NCBI GenBank assembly: GCA_904063045.1
Contig: CAJFCJ010000026.1
Span: 474,964-538,963, forward strand
Direction: 5' to 3'
Source of the DNA: Dimorphilus gyrociliatus
Taxonomy: Eukaryota > Animalia > Annelida
DNA length: 64,000 bases
Part shown: positions 63,363 to 64,000 of the stretch, in pieces
Position numbering within the stretch: position 1 is the first letter of the stretch
Layout: every line of letters begins with the position of its first letter
The notes under the pieces: model-generated
Told to the model about the DNA's origin: nothing
The model's database searches: none
The model's input: only the letters and a program-made list of their open reading frames with translations
Position numbers and translations under genes: made by a program

Positions 63363-63845
63363 ACTAAGCTGAAGATGAATCAAAATGGCGCTTATAGAGC
63401 GCTGTTGATGAAGATTTTTGCGGTTGTTTTCTAAAGAAAAGAGAAGAACAAGGATAAAGCGTTTGAACGTGAGGAAGAAGATAAAAGAAACAGAAGAGAG
63501 ATTCAAGTGCATCTAGGAGATATTGTTTATAGATATTTCATCTTAATTTTACAATTGATTGAATAGTGAATGAATGAACGAATAAAAGAATGGAAAAGAT
63601 TCTATTTTGTGATTGGAGGTTGATAATGAATATTCAAATATAATTTGTCAAATTAGAGCAATGTTCTCCATCTTCCGGATAAATATTCACTGTTGCCATG
63701 GTAAAAGAAAAAAATGGAGATTATTACTCGACAGTTGCTGTGACCTTTTAAATGCTCATTTGAACGTTGTGAGTTGTTTACTGGTGTCACTGTTGATTCA
63801 TTTTGTACGTTGGAAGCGTTTTGTTAAAGGAGAAACGATAGAAAA

Positions 63846-64000
63846 ATGTCGGATAGCGATATATCGCTCAGCGATTTGTTTGAAACAAGAATTGAAGCCG
63901 ATGAATTAAATGTCGGAAATGCGGTGGACGACGACGAAATGTCGAAATGTCAGCTAAAACTTGAAGAATTACTTGCTCAGGAACAACGAGATATGGAAAC
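63846..64000 (+). CDS. 5' part of an unknown protein-coding gene (truncated by window edge)
   Basis: ATG at 63846 opens MSDSDISLSDLFETRIEADELNVGNAVDDDEMSKCQLKLEELLAQEQRDME with no stop before the edge; higher GC; YY1-like aaaatggcg at ~63383 upstream. Confidence 0.55.
   Translation, partial: MSDSDISLSDLFETRIEADELNVGNAVDDDEMSKCQLKLEELLAQEQRDME

Noticed and set aside
3669-63512. Most 60-135 aa Phe/Ile/Lys/Asn-rich ORFs in the track (e.g. 61720-62127, 54576-54881, 28417-28782, 10376-10621)
   Set aside because: They lie within motif arrays, many use non-ATG starts, and their composition is that of AT-rich non-coding DNA with no domains.

Overview
Eukaryotic, very AT-rich window with no prokaryotic features, no rRNA/tRNA and no CRISPR. 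The 60-86 bp GT-AG introns, CTCF-like sites and ADAMTS-like/ShK-like gene suggest a compact-genome invertebrate, possibly spiralian; this is inference and the taxon cannot be verified here. Two intact genes sit tail-to-tail: an intronless secreted reprolysin (M12B) metalloprotease (46153-48258, +) and a 7-exon zinc-finger/pseudokinase fusion (48737-50214, -). A third ORF starts at 63846 and runs off the right edge. The first ~46 kb has no intact gene and holds about 14 broken DNA-transposon remnants (PHD+FLYWCH Mutator-like and Tc1/mariner). About half of the window (8 blocks, ~31 kb) is tiled with a 12-bp motif, G(G/A)AACCA-N2-(C/T)TA (typically GGAACCACACTA/GGAACCATACTA). By eye there are roughly 250-300 copies, one per ~50-110 bp, with divergent spacers, kilobase-scale strand-polarity domains and position-specific degeneracy that looks like a protein-binding site. 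The blocks are separated by islands of other homotypic motifs (TCACGTGA E-boxes, AAGGTCAAGG, ATGAATATTCAT, AAAATGGC, CTCF-like) and by paralogous TATA-Inr promoter cassettes with no ORF downstream. The best candidate for an undescribed system is this motif-tiled, promoter-punctuated transposon graveyard. It could be a sequence-programmed chromatin or small-RNA source domain, or expanded Mutator/foldback subterminal arrays. All counts are manual estimates.
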